This document shows positions 26,092 to 39,510 of a stretch of DNA of 64,000 nucleotides, piece after piece. The number at the start of each line of letters is the position of its first letter. Within the stretch, counting starts at the first letter, position 1. The DNA lies in assembly GCA_964016885.1 (NCBI GenBank), contig OZ024742.1, positions 256,680,001 through 256,744,000 on the forward strand. Direction: 5' to 3'. This DNA is from Eledone cirrhosa. Its lineage: Eukaryota. The position numbers and the translations under genes are program-made. The notes under the pieces are model-generated. The model saw nothing but the letters and a program-made list of their open reading frames with translations, did no database searches and was not told the origin of the DNA.

Positions 26092-27235
26092 TGATAAAAT
26101 ATAGACACTATTTCCTCTCTAAATTAGCATAATTAACCACATAACAAATCAATTAGACCAGGCTATAAGAATAAAGGCTCCTATGAAGAAATATTTGATA
26201 AATAAACAAAGCTGCATCTTCGCGACTGACCGCAATAGAATATTTACCCAACACTTCAACAGCATGTAGAAATTGACTAAATATACCGTCAACCATACTC
26301 AATTAGTTATGAATTTAAAGTTAGAAGAAATGCGGATATTCTTACCGTAATTACGTCCCTACCATGGTTTGTTGATATTTGGGTAAATATTCTATTGCGG
26401 TCAGTCGCGAAGAGGCCGCTTTGTTTATTTATCAAATATTTCTTCATAGGAGCTTTTATTCTTATAGCCCTGTCTAATTGATTGTGTATGTGGTTAATTA
26501 TGTTAATTGGGAGAGGAAATAGTGTATATATTTTATTAAATGATTCTGTGGACATAATTGATATATTATATTGATATATTGCTCTGATTATTTAATTTAT
26601 TAATTCTTCATTGAGCCACATCGTGAACGTTTGCCGCATATATATCTGTGACGTTGCATATATGTAAATCTTTATATTTAATAATCTCCCACTCTGTTGA
26701 GATGCAATTTGGGCGATATTCGGCTGCGCTTTCTAGCAACCAGCCTACTCGCCGTAAGCAACTAATCACATTCTTTCTAACTTGAACACTGCCACGTCAC
26801 GATTCTTAGCCATTTTTAAAATCTATTCCTGGCGTGGATCGCTTTGGAAAATTAACTGTCCTATTGAGTTAGTCTCCTGACGAGTTCGATACTCGAGATT
26901 TATCCTTAATAGGATAACTTAAAATACAAACGAAACCATGGTATGGACGTAATTACGGTAAGAATGTGCGCATTTCTTCTAACTTTAAATTTATACCTAA
27001 TTGAGTATGGCTGACGGTATATTTAGTCAATTTCTACATCCTGTTGAAGTGTTGGGTAAATATTCTATTGCGGTCAGTCGCGAGGAAGCCGCTTTGTTTA
27101 CTTATCAAATATTTCTTCATAGGAGCCTTTATTCTTATAGCCTGTTCTAATTAATATTTTATGTGGTTAATTATGCTAATTGTGAGAGGAAATAGTGTAT
27201 ATATTTCATCAAATGATTCTGTGGACATAATTTAT
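26092..27235. mobile_element. Retrozyme-like element R3: 673-nt terminally redundant monomer plus inverted partial copy
   Basis: 26381.. recurs at 27054..; 26092-26370 is the reverse complement of ~26933-27212. Confidence 0.8.
26872..26948 (+). ncRNA. Type I hammerhead with extended stem II and palindromic CATG loop III
   Basis: gtctc CTGACGA gtt..ttatcct-taat-aggataa..aac GAAA c-catg-g TA tggac; the inverted copy has gggac, restoring stem I. Confidence 0.75.
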
Positions 27236-27532
27236 GATATATATATATATATATAGTGAAAACTTGGGCGGGAACAAAAACAGATAGGCAGACAAATAAA
27301 GGTGTATTAGGTGCACGCTCATAATATTGTATATACATATATATATGTGTATATATAATTATATATAATATATATATATATATATATATGTGTATATATA
27401 ATTATATATAATATATATATATATATATATATGTGTATATATAATTATATATATAGTATATGTATATATATAATTATATATGTAGTATATGTATATATAT
27501 ATATATAGTATATGTATATATATATATATATA

Positions 27533-27565
<33 letters not shown>

Positions 27566-27656
27566 AGGTATATATATATATATATAGTATATATATATAT
27601 ATATATATATAGTATATATATATATAGTATATGTATATATATATATATATATATAG

Positions 27657-27697
<41 letters not shown>

Positions 27698-27738
27698 TAT
27701 GTATATATATATATATATACACATATATATATATATAC

Positions 27739-27782
<44 letters not shown>

Positions 27783-27837
27783 TATGCACATATTATACAT
27801 ATATATATATATATACATATATTATATATATATATAC

Positions 27838-27927
<90 letters not shown>

Positions 27928-28030
27928 AGAATTTGAGCCAAGCTGTTTCCTTTCTGATCGTTTACTTTTTGGTATTTTACTTTCTTTATGTCAGTAGAAA
28001 ATAGTGTGTCTCATCTCACTATTCAACCAT

Positions 28031-28082
<52 letters not shown>

Positions 28083-28652
28083 AATATATATATCTTCATG
28101 TTATTCATTACATAATTTTAGGAACAAGGTCTATTTATGAACGGAAAAGAAAGAAAAAAAATGGATGAATGTGAAACACATTCCAAAATCCAGATTGAAA
28201 ATCACGCAATCACACATATAGCAGCATATATACTGTCATTGTTTTATCACATTTTCAAGATTGTATTGCTGATGAATATGTATTATAACTGGCAGGAGAT
28301 TACTTCCGAGGCTAATAAATCAAGTCTTTACAAATCCTGCAACCGCAGCACTAGTTATGTTTCAGAGCTTTAGCTATCTTACCTAGCAACTATACTGTTT
28401 GTGTTGCTATAGACAGGAGGCATGTGGCTTCAAAATTAGGATGCTGCTCGTAACATGCTCCCTGTTGAAGTCGTGAGTTCGATTTTTCTGACGAAGCTAG
28501 GCATTATACCACTAAATAATAAATGTATTTAATCACGTTACACCACTCTATTTAGTTTGACAAAAGTAATTTCGATGTAACGACCACACTACCAGATCGG
28601 CCGATGATTCCATATAGGAAATATCAAGCATTGCTCATACAGCATTATATAT

Positions 28653-28840
28653 GTGGATTGGCAGTATCGGTAGTGCGCTAGACACCATGACTTGCAGCAT
28701 TGAGTTATAGTCCTTTACGTTCTAAATTCAAATCCTGCCGAGGTTAATTTTGCCTTTCATCCTTATGGGGTCGATAAAATAAAGTACCAGTAATGCATTG
28801 GGATAATTGCTGGCCTTGTGCTAAAAGTAGAAATAGTTAT
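28653..28840 (+). mobile_element. tRNA-derived SINE
   Basis: gtggattggcagtatcggtag...ggggtcgataaaataaagtacc...ggccttgtgc. Confidence 0.85.
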
Positions 28841-29016
28841 ATATATATATTTCGTTTCTGAATTTGTTTAGCAATATTCTTTATCTGAAAGCGTGTGTTG
28901 AAACCGATATTGTTATACTTTGGGAGGTTCATGTTGCCAATAAGAAACACACGCACCAGTTGCTTTCACTCCAATTTATTATAAATTCTTAAATTCATAA
29001 ATTTAATTTATAAATA

Positions 29017-29049
<33 letters not shown>

Positions 29050-29196
29050 GGATACTATTTATGGTTATGTATATACTAAACTTTTTATAGTTATATATAT
29101 TTTAAACCCTAAAGAGTAATTTATTACTACATTATTAACAGTAAGATAAATAGCTCAATGTAATAACATCAGTTGTTCAACAGAGCAGTTATATAG

Positions 29197-29947
29197 AATT
29201 CACAAGAATCCAATCTATGTTCAAAGCATTTATTCACTTACAATTGTTTCATCCAAACCTAGGCTTGAAGTCTTCGGAGCATTTTTCAATGTTTGTACAC
29301 ATGATTGATCTCCTTTCCGCCGCAAGAGACATACAGATACATATTTATATATTGATGTACAGTGTAGTAACATATATTATATTATATTTCTGTATATAAA
29401 AATCATAATCAAAGAAAAATTAAAATACAATCGGCAGTTAACAGAGATATTGCAAGAGGATAGTTTGTTAGTCAGATGTATTAGTTATTTTAGTTATTTT
29501 ATGCGTTAGTTACACGTGGGGCATACTCGTGTGTCTCATTTATATATGATTATTGTGCGCAGGGTGTTACATGTAATAGAAGCACTTAAAGCGGGTAAGT
29601 AAGAGTATTATGGAGGTTGTAGTGGTAAGGTATTTTTTGTATATGATACAGAAGTATGCGTGTAAAGGAGAAGCAAAAGAAAGTTATGGTTTTTGTATCC
29701 ACAACCATTTTCACATTCAAGAAACGTAATATATCCTTCACATAATTAACGGTGATTTCGCATTGGAGGTTTGATGCATTACATTAAATTATTTTAGCTT
29801 GCTGCGGCTCAGTCTTTTTAATCCAATTTAGGAGGTCAATCATGTGTAGAAACATTAAAAAATGCTCCGAAGAAACCAAGCCTAGGTTTGGATGAAACAA
29901 TTGTAAGTGAATAAATGCTTTGAACATAGCTTTGATTCTTGTGAATT
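29197..29947. mobile_element. Non-coding element with ~97-bp inverted arms, each with a CCGA-core HHR (29235-29282 minus; 29863-29909 plus)
   Basis: gct CCGAAGA ..aagcc-ta-ggttt.. GAAA c-aatt-g TA agt in both arms. Confidence 0.72.
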
Positions 29948-29948
29948 A

Positions 29949-30021
<73 letters not shown>

Positions 30022-30239
30022 TAGGTAGTACTGTGAAATATTGGTGTTGGTACCAAATCAAGCACTCTATGCACAGGCAGAGTGTATATAATAGAAAAAA
30101 CGAGGAGGTTTCGTTTAGTTATATACATATATATATTTTTTTTATTAATAAAAACTTACACCACTGAACGTGTGCGCATAAACGCACCTGCACCGTGTTG
30201 TATTTATGACAATATTGTATAAGCTCAATGTACAAGAAC

Positions 30240-32280
30240 AGAGCCGTTATATGTACAAGAAATCAAAGAACGCCTACATACTCATACAATTTTTATTTGC
30301 TAACAATGTTTCATCCATACCATTGGGCAGGAATCATCAGAGCTTTAAAAGTCAAAATAAAATTACAATGAAGTGTATAGGCCATACCGAACTTCGTCAC
30401 ATGAACATTAGAAATACAATAGAGGGCAACAAGAGGAAGATCGGAAATGGCGAGTATTGAGAGAGTGCATAGTGGGGTTGTTATTCAGCACTACAGCTAA
30501 AGTAAATGGTACAGGCAGATTTTTTCACAAGATGCAGAAGCACGTGAGGGCACACAAAGGCAAAACATTAAACAATAGTTAAAATATATAATAATAAAGT
30601 AAAAGGAAAATAATAATATAAAGAGATTAAACAAATAAAAGAAGAGAAAAGAAAAAGTGTTTAAAGCACACAAAAAACACAAAAAAATCCAGAAGATATG
30701 CGTTGATCACTATATATGCAGATGATTTAGTTCTCTATAACTTAGAGTTATAGAAATACTAAAAGGCTCCCAAGGTACCATCAGAAATCCCAATTGGGGT
30801 TTTATTCCTCCCCATAGTATACATAATCAAGGTATACTAGTAGGTTACGGAATTATGTGGACCATAGGGGCTATACCTGTATATACACATGCACCACATA
30901 AATAAATACGTAATAAATTGATGTTTATATATCCGTAGCGGTGAAGAACGACGTAACATGTGTCTGCCTTTTATGTCATTTATTGATGTGTTTATGCACT
31001 TAGTGGTGAAGAATGAAGTAGCGTGTGTTCATTTTTGATGGAACAGAATTCCTAAATCTCCGCGTGGTATGTAAGCTGTCTTAGATAATTTGTATATGCC
31101 TGTTTGGGTATGACCCCACCTAATAGAGATATTGGGGCACCTGCTGGATTTACTGATTTGAGCACTTTGTGTTATTTTCTATTTTGTATAGATTGTTAGG
31201 CCACGTGCTGTATTGGCCAACAGTGAATTACTGCTACGATTAACCATGCATTATCTTGATGTATTGCGGCTGGATTAGGTGGTGAATTTGGTTGTACAGA
31301 ATCCGGAGCTGCGACTCGGACACATTGTGCCTCACGATCTGGGATTTTGAACACGTGGGGATTTTGTTTATGCGTGTATTCAGCCTGTATTGCATGTTAC
31401 TATATGTGATGTTTTGTTTTGGTGATCGTTTAAATCCGACTGGTTTGAAGTTTAAGGACCATCTACATATGTTGTAAACTCTGGACCGCATTACTATCTA
31501 CGGATAATCCACTATCTTTATAACCTCTTCGGTAGATATGAATATGTCGTGACTCCTCGCCAGATGTGTGTTTTTTCAGGAACTTAACCATTTGTTATGT
31601 CATTTGCTTTAGCCTGATCATGCAATAACCCTGCTTTGCTTGTGATTGGTCTGTATTTAATTATGTGGTGCATGTGTATATACAGGTATAGCACCCATGG
31701 TCCACATAATTCCGTCACCTACTAGTATACCTTGATTATGTATACTATGGGGAGGAATAAAATCCCATTGGGATATCTGAAGGTACATTGGGGGCCTTTT
31801 AGTATTTCTATAACTCTAAGTTACGGAGGACTAAATCACCTGTTATATATAATGACCAACGCATATCTTGTTTTTTTTGTGTTGTTTGTGTGCTTTAAAA
31901 ACCTTTTCTTTTTTTCTTTTTAAAAGTTTTTTTTATCTCTTTATACTATTATTTTCCTTTTACTTTATTATTATATATTTTAACTATTGTTTATATTTTT
32001 TGCTTTTGTGTATCCTCACGTGCTTCTACATCTTGTGAAAAAATCTGCCTGTACCTTTTCATTTAGCTGTAGTGCACTCTATCAATACTCGCCATTTCCG
32101 ATCTCCCTCTTGTTGCCCTGTATTGTATTTCTAATGTTCATGTGAAGAAGCTTGGTATAGCCAATACTCTGCATTGTAATTTTATTTTTAAAGCTCTGAT
32201 GATCTTGCCCAATGGTATGGACGAAGCATTGTTAGCAAATAAAAATTGTATGAGCATGTAGGCGTTCTTTGATATATTTT
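30240..32280. mobile_element. PLE-derived insertion with ~640-bp inverted arms; HHR at 30299-30343(-) and degenerate copy at 32193-32236(+)
   Basis: 30260-30905 is the reverse complement of 31655-32272; gct CTGATGA ttcc..ggat GAAA cattg TT agc; terminus resembles 23165-23235. Confidence 0.82.
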
Positions 32281-32829
32281 ACACACATATATATATATAG
32301 CCTTCGTGAGCCACTTTTTTTATTGTCATAAACTTCTCTAAAAGGCTACAAAACAAATTCCGTATTACGGGCGCGAAATTTTATAATCTTGTTCAGGTGA
32401 CAGCCATAATCTCATTTATAACCAAACAGATTACATTTTGGGGGAAAAAGCCTTCGTGAGCCCCTTTTTTTAAAGTAAAAAGTAATTCAAACACTCATAT
32501 ATGAAAAAACAACCTGAGCACCCCCGCCCCTTGTTTGAAGAACTTTGTATGTATGTAAGTGCGTATGTATCTATACGTTTACATCTCAGTGTATTGTCTA
32601 GCATTACATCCATTTTGTACATTTCAAAGTCACCAAAATCGCAATATGTAATAGTAATTAATGCATTATAGTCAGACAGTTGCTGATATAAACAATATTT
32701 TTGTTTTCAGTTATTGATATGGGCGTATATGAATATGTTTCTATATATGTGAGCATATATATATATATATATATATGTGAGCACATATATATATATATAT
32801 ATGAGCACATATATATATATATATATGAG

Positions 32830-32877
<48 letters not shown>

Positions 32878-32879
<2 letters not shown>

Positions 32880-35287
32880 AACGAGTAGGACCTCGACGGC
32901 TGAGCTCAAGCCGTTTCGATGGCTAATTCTGGAGTAAATGAAAATGTTTATCCTGGTATATGAATAGCCGAGCTTCTCAGGGGGTAATTCCATATATAGT
33001 AAAAGTGATTGTCACAAGGATTGGTCAAAAGTTTGTTGTTGAGACACATAATTCTATCATGGCAATTGTGGAAGGAAGAGGTAGCTGAACCTGCCAATAG
33101 CAGAAAGAGGGAGAGGGGGTGGAGGAAACCCAGTCGTGCGTTGATAGTGCCAACTACAGCAGGGCAGGAAGTCAAGGATATATACTAGGGAGGCGGAGGG
33201 GAGGGGGAGGGGGGAGGAAGTCGGAACAATAAGTAAAACAATATGGGGTAAATATATAGAATAATACCGAGAATGTTAAAAAAAACAATTAAATATAAAA
33301 AACAATTGTTACTGTTCCCTAAGGATAGCTATCAAGTCTCTCACAGATATTGCTAGACTAAAGAAAAGTTTACTAGGTGGGACGGAATTATAATGAGACC
33401 ATTTTAAGAGGTAGTAGTAATCAAACGAGTATATCTTACGGTGACGGGTCAACAAGGACCGAGGGGCTGCCTCGGGTGGGCGAGAGAGTGAAAAGGACGA
33501 CGACAAAGAAAGAGGACTGCGGTGGAAGGACTAGGAAGGGATGGGGGAAGAAGGAAATATAGAGGAAGCGATAAAAAGATATCAATGAAGATCTTACGTC
33601 TAACTTTGCAAGCAGGGGTTACCCATTAAAAAGTTGACAAGTGGGGTGTTACAGCCCTTGTCTACACCCCCGGATCATTATGGGGTTTGAGGGCGAGGTA
33701 AGTCCTACGCAATCTGTGTTTGCATGCAGTTACCAGTTCATCTTTCTTGTTTAGGAATTGGTCCGTCGAAAAGAGCATTTGTAAAGTTTCCTCCGAGCAT
33801 AAATTGCACGGACGGCGTCCTCCCGTGTAAGAGTTGGCTCTGGACAGTAAGCTCCAAGTGAGATCAGGTAATATTGTTATCCTTGTGGTCCCATATGTGG
33901 CCCGAATGTGTGGTGGCGTGACGCCGGGCCGGGTTTACGGAATGTATGTATGTGTTGCTATAGCCGAGTCTTGAAGTAACATGCGGTTAATCCTATATAA
34001 GCTTTGTTGGAGGTGTCCGTCCTCACGTTGCACTGGTAGATCACATTACGATCTCTGCATCTGTTGTCGAGGGGCAAATGGATCCATCAGGACAGTTGCA
34101 CCTCCTAGTCGGCTCTCCACTGCTATTTAGGTTATTTCTTCCATAGGGGTTGAGTTTTTTGTTGTTAGAGGAGACGATGTTTTGTGCAAGGTTTGGTGTG
34201 GTGCTGTAGGAGAGTTTGATGGTATTTTTGTTAATTATGTTGTGGTAGCTGTTTTGTAGTGGGAAGTGTTTTTCAATGAGCCTGAAGGAGATTTTCCCGA
34301 TAGGAGTTGTCACCTCGGCGTTGTGGGGAGGATTCAACCATGTTACATTGCGTGAGCGGCGGTGTCGCCTGCTGGTTCCGCTAATAGAAGCTGGACAGTA
34401 GGATATTTCCTCCCGGAAACCACTCCGCTTGAGGGCCTGGTTGTAATAGGGGGCATGTTCATCCAATATCTGCTCATTAGCGGACAAACGAGATATGCGG
34501 AGGGAGATGTTTTTAACCAGGTTATTGGTGATGTTCCTAGGATGGTTTGACCGGCGGTGGATGTAGTGCAGGTTGTCGTTGGGTTTCATGTATGGGTAGT
34601 ACAGATCATTATCGATGTCAAGGGTAACGCAGCCCCTCGGTCCTTGTTGACACGTCACCGTAAGATATACTCGGGTCTCATTAAAAGGGTCTCATTATAA
34701 TTCCGTCCCACCTATTAAACTTTTCTTTAGTTTAGCAGTACCAGTGAGAGACTTGGTAGCTGTCTTTACGGGATAGTAACCAGAAATTGTTTTTTATATT
34801 TAATTGTTTTTTTTTTTAACGTTCTCGGTATTTTTTATATATTTACCCCATATTGTTTTACTTATTGTTTCGACTTCCTCCCCTTCCTCCTCCCTAGTAT
34901 ACTTCCTTGACCTCCTGCCCTGCTTTAGTTGGCACTATCAACGCACGATGGGTTTCCTCCACCCCCTCTCCCTCTTTCTTCTATTGGCAGATTCAGCTAC
35001 CCCTTCCTACCACAAATTGCCATGATAGAATTATGTGTCTCAACAACAAACTTTTGCCCAATCCTTGTGACAATCACTTTTACCATATATGGAATTACCC
35101 CTTGAGAAGCTTGGCTATTCATATACCAGGATGAAAATGTTCATTTAGTCAAGAATTAGCCGTCGAAACGGCTTGAGGTCAGCCGTCGGGGTCCTACTCG
35201 TTCCTATTACCCATTCTACTACCCTAAGTATTGAGTACTTTGTTGCGTTATGGTCCACCTGGTTCCTTACCACATTTCCTTCGTTAT
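32878..35287 (-). mobile_element. Truncated PLE (thumb + GIY-YIG, frameshifted, 33660-34627) with ~600-bp inverted pLTR arms
   Basis: ORF 34041-34658: PYMKPND..YIH..SNHP..WLNPPH..TIKLSYSTTPN..CNC..CP; 32878-33471 is the reverse complement of 34631-35205. Confidence 0.9.
35097..35192 (+). ncRNA. Type I hammerhead with U3-A8 core variant
   Basis: acccc TTGAGAA gctt-ggcta..tagcc-gtc GAAA cggct-tgaggtc-agccg TC ggggt; sister copies at 32890-32985(-), 43859-43952(-), 48414-48507(+). Confidence 0.82.
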
Positions 35288-35299
35288 ATATATATATAT

Positions 35300-35951
35300 G
35301 AGGACAAAAAAAAACGGTTCAGTACTATATGAACACGCCAGACAAAGACTTGACGGCAATATAGACAGCAACGAAATTAAAATAATATTGAAGGAGAGAA
35401 ATGACTCAGCAAGTAGGCAAATTAGAGAAGCAACTGAGATAGAACTAAGAAGACCGAAGATGAACAGAAAGAACGAATGCAATAACAACAACCATACCCA
35501 AACAAACAATACTGACATAAGGGAAATATAAATAAATAAATAAATATATATATACACAAGTACAATAACAACAAACACGTATAAACACACACTAGTGAAC
35601 AAAGATAGAAAACAAATATACAATCAAACGCGAATACACACGCAAACAGAGACAAGAAGAAATAAATACATTAATTAAATTAAAATGGCGTAGACTTTGC
35701 AATACAATGGGAGGAAACATAATAGTACCACTGGTGATGTCGAAGATGTGTGACGAAAGAAGTTTGATAGACTATAAATATATGTTTATATCTGTATTTT
35801 TAACCGTTGTTCAATCAATGATAAACATTGATTGCTAAACAAATTAACTATGGAAATAGAAAAGATACGGAAGCGAAAGCTAACCCAAACCAAACACTGA
35901 GTGTGTTCTGTTATTGTTTCTGGCAATAATATGACCCTCCCCCTCCAGTAT

Positions 35952-35958
<7 letters not shown>
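35300..35958 (+). mobile_element. 3' fragment of the PLE family at 17583-19034
   Basis: SVLYEHARQ..RQIREATEIELRRPKMNRKNE plus homologous 3' UTR ending gtataacaata. Confidence 0.85.
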
Positions 35959-36009
<51 letters not shown>

Positions 36010-36350
36010 CGTTATGTTTGACGACATTGGATAGCAACAGGCCACCTTACCTATTAGATATGGTGGCATTGGCCTCCGGCACCCGATCTCGCTGGTTTTG
36101 CCAGCGTTTCTTTCGTCGGTAAATACATTCCACGTAATCGTCAACAAGTTTCACCTAAAGCACAATGGAACCCACTGTGATCGAGGAACGTGAGGCTGCC
36201 TGCCAGACGTGAAACTGGCTTGGGCTTAGCCCAGTAGACGTCCCTCCTCCTCCCCCTGCTGACGTCAAGTGCTCCCAGATTATTTGGGATGCCCTTCAAA
36301 TGCAACCTCGCTTCAGACAGGGTAGCGTGCTAGCTCACCCAGCACCGCCC
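36010..36350 (+). mobile_element. CRE-clade LINE RT C-terminal fragment
   Basis: Hand translation QQATLPIRYGGIGLRHPISLVLPAFLSSV. Confidence 0.65.
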
Positions 36351-36364
36351 TGTATGTTTTCGCG

Positions 36365-37050
36365 CGGATAAATGGCCGGCTTTGTCACATTCAAATAGAA
36401 AAAAAAATTCCGCTCTACATGGCTGATTACAATAAATGTAATCTGAGATTTTCGAATATAAATAACAACTTTCGATTCGTTTGCAATTATACAGACAAGC
36501 CTATTTTATTTTTTATAGCTATGTCAGTAGAATAAACCCTTCATACTTGCTCTTCTGTTGGCATGTAAACAGAACTACAGACCCTAATGTGTCTGGGTAT
36601 CACCCTTCATCAGTACAGCTCACTGTTCACCTGCCAACTTTGCCGGCCCTTTATCGCTCGTATGCAGGAAACTGACTGGCCAGTCTGCTGATATGCAAAT
36701 CTGGCTGAGCAGTGGATCTACTAATATGCAGATCTGACTGATCAGCCAGTCTACTAATATGCATATCAGGCCGATCAGTCACTGTATAGTTTAGAATATA
36801 GCATATATTTTTACTAGCTCTGACAGTTGGCAGGTGAAGAGTGAACTGTACTGATGAAGGGTGATACCCAGAAACATTAGTGTCTGCAGTTCTGTTTACA
36901 TGCCAACACAAGAGCAAGAATGAAAGGTTCATTCTACTGACATGGCTATACAAATGAGGCTTGTTTGTATAATTGCAAACGAATCGAATCTTATTATTAA
37001 TATTTATTATATTTATTATATTCAGCCATGTTGAGTGAATTTTCTTTTAA
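36365..37050. mobile_element. Second R2 insertion (minus arm 36365-36640, plus arm 36641-37050)
   Basis: Homologous to 7471-8405 but starting at a different point of the monomer. Confidence 0.82.
36843..36892 (+). ncRNA. Canonical type I hammerhead (R2)
   Basis: gaactgta CTGATGA a-gggt-gat-accc-a GAAA ca-ttag-tg TC tgcagttc; 8-bp stem I, GUC triplet. Confidence 0.92.
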
Positions 37051-38190
37051 TATATATATATAATGATATTATAAAAGAAGCATTGCATGTTGATATAGGG
37101 TTCGATTTCCGCTAACGAAATTTGATCACTACTATATATTTATATATATCGGTGTGAGTGTGTGTATGTTCATCTGCGTGTTAGTGTTTGTGTGAGTTTG
37201 TGTATATGAGTGTGTAAACACAGAGTTGACTCCTGTATTTTATCACCAAAATGTCAAACCGTAGAAAAGAATTAACCCTAGGCTATAGCAGGTGAGAACA
37301 TATGCGGAACCTGCCTCCACACACGCCTGAACATGTGGTTGTGTAGCGAACACTTTACCCAAAAACCATGTTTTGTTGTATAGATAATATAATTAATACA
37401 TGTATTACTGTTATTATTTCCTGCTATTCTTAATACCTGCCGTTTTATTGCCTCCAAGAAATATGTTTTCTCTAAGTATTTTTGTTCTTTGGTGTTGATT
37501 GTGTCACATCTCTCAGTAACACAGATAAACATGCTTTAATTGGAAATGTTAACAATACTGGAAACACGTTTCTTATATTCTTAGACTGTACTCTTATGAT
37601 AAGATGTTAAATTTTGATATTTTGTAAGCCTCAAGTCATTTGTTTATAATCTTTGTTTTATTAGATCCATTTTTCCTTTCACATTTTTTCACGTGATTGA
37701 CGTTATATAACTGAAGCAATATATTAACTAATTTTTGTTCAGTGCTCTTTTTACATTTTGAACTTAATTCTCAACTAATATGTTCAATTTTACAGCATGA
37801 AGTATATTTCTGAATCACTTCAACTGCTTTCAACAATTTTATTTGACATCTGCTGCATCTCCTTATGTTTGTGTGTCTAGGTGTGTGTGAAATGTTTAAT
37901 AACATTTCAGTTATTACAACTAATTATCTCACATGCAATTCTGTTTGACCTACCATTCCATTTCATTCCATTACTTTCCATAACATTGCAATCAACAGGT
38001 GTATCATTTATGAACAAAATTTATATATCAGCTGAAACTAGAGATGGAAGATGAGATGTGAGTGAGACATATTTGGCAGTTAAATAACAGTATATATGTG
38101 TATGTATGTATGTATGTATGTATGTATGTATGTATGTATGTATGTATGTATGTATGTATGTATGTATGTATGTATATATGTATGTATGTA

Positions 38191-38751
38191 TGTCTCATGG
38201 TCGGGTCGTTGGCGACTAAACTGGCAACCCCACCAAGGTTTCTTGGTGAGGAGGGTGACTTTGGACATCCTGCAGGACTAAAAACAAAACCTGTCAAAGG
38301 GCAAAGGAGCTCTTAAAAGTCAATGGCCATCCAAAATCACCGGGAGAGATGACCCCTTAGCCTTTGTCAAGGCAGAATTCTAGGAGAAGGAAAACTCTGA
38401 TATAACACCTGCAACCCTGACGGTATCCAATGATGTTGACTTGTTCTTCTTTTTGGTAAATATCATCTTGGTTAAGAGAGTGGGACTGGCTTTGTGCAGT
38501 GCCTTTGCTCACTATAAAAGCTTCACGGCACAGGCATTGCTTTGTATCTGGAGATCTCTCTGCACTTGTCCTCACATGGTACCATGGGCCCAGCACTATG
38601 TGTCAATAATTGTCACAGGTGTAGTGTTTGTACCAGAGTTTTGAAGTCGCTGGCTGGACTAAAAAGTCACACTCGTTCAGCGCTTCGGTAGGGGTTCTCC
38701 TACATGGATATAAAGTAGTGGCCGTACTCGAAAACGAGTTGGCAGCCACCA
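38191..38751 (+). mobile_element. Short non-autonomous RTE-related element with (TATG)n tail
   Basis: 3' part encodes [17 protein letters not shown], similar to the RTE zinc-finger end at ~41200-41260; copies at 39204-39468(+) and 50635-51244(-). Confidence 0.75.
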
Positions 38752-38949
38752 TATGTATGTATATGTATATATGTATGTATATGTATATGTGTATGTATGT
38801 GTATGTATATATATGTATATGTGTATGTATATGTATGTGTATGTATGTATATATGTGTGTATATGTATGTATGTATATGTATATGTATATGTATGTATGT
38901 ATATGTATGTATGTATGTATGTGTATATGTATATATATATATGTATATG

Positions 38950-38980
<31 letters not shown>

Positions 38981-39029
38981 GTATATGTATGTATATGTAT
39001 ATGTATGTATGTGTATGTGTATGTATGTG

Positions 39030-39061
<32 letters not shown>

Positions 39062-39203
39062 TGTATGTATATATGTATGTATGTATATGTATATGTATGT
39101 GTGTATGTATGTATGTATATATGTATGTATGTATGTATATATGTATGTATGTGTATATGTATGTATGTGTATATGTATGTATATGTATATGTATATATAT
39201 ATG

Positions 39204-39468
39204 CTGCTTTGTGCAGTGCCTTTGCTCACTATAAAAGCTTCACAGCACAGGCATTGCTTTATATCTGGAGATCTCTCTGCACTGGTCGTCACATGGTACC
39301 ATGGGCCCAGCACTATGTGTCAATAATTGTCACAAGTGTAGTGTTTGTACCAGAGTTTTCAAGTCGCTGGCTGGACTAAAAAGTCACATTCGTTCAGCGC
39401 ATTGGTAGGGGTTCTCCTACATGGATATAAAGTAGTGGCCGTACTCGAAAACGAGTTGGCAGCCACCA
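39204..39468 (+). mobile_element. 5'-truncated tandem copy of the short RTE-related element
   Basis: Matches 38488-38751. Confidence 0.85.
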
Positions 39469-39510
39469 TGTATGTATGTATGTATGTATGTATGTATGTT
39501 TGTATGTATG

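Noticed and set aside
28415-28610. Possible second tRNA-like SINE head; CTGACGA at ~28487
   Set aside because: A/B boxes are degenerate, single copy here, and no HHR helices could be built.
31240-31491. Minus ORF with faint GIY-YIG resemblance (RLNTRI...SQIVRH)
   Set aside because: No intact YIG motif; too degenerate to call, though the position between inverted arms would fit.
37050-38090. Unique AT-rich stretch as possible host exon
   Set aside because: No convincing ORF, homology or splice pattern.
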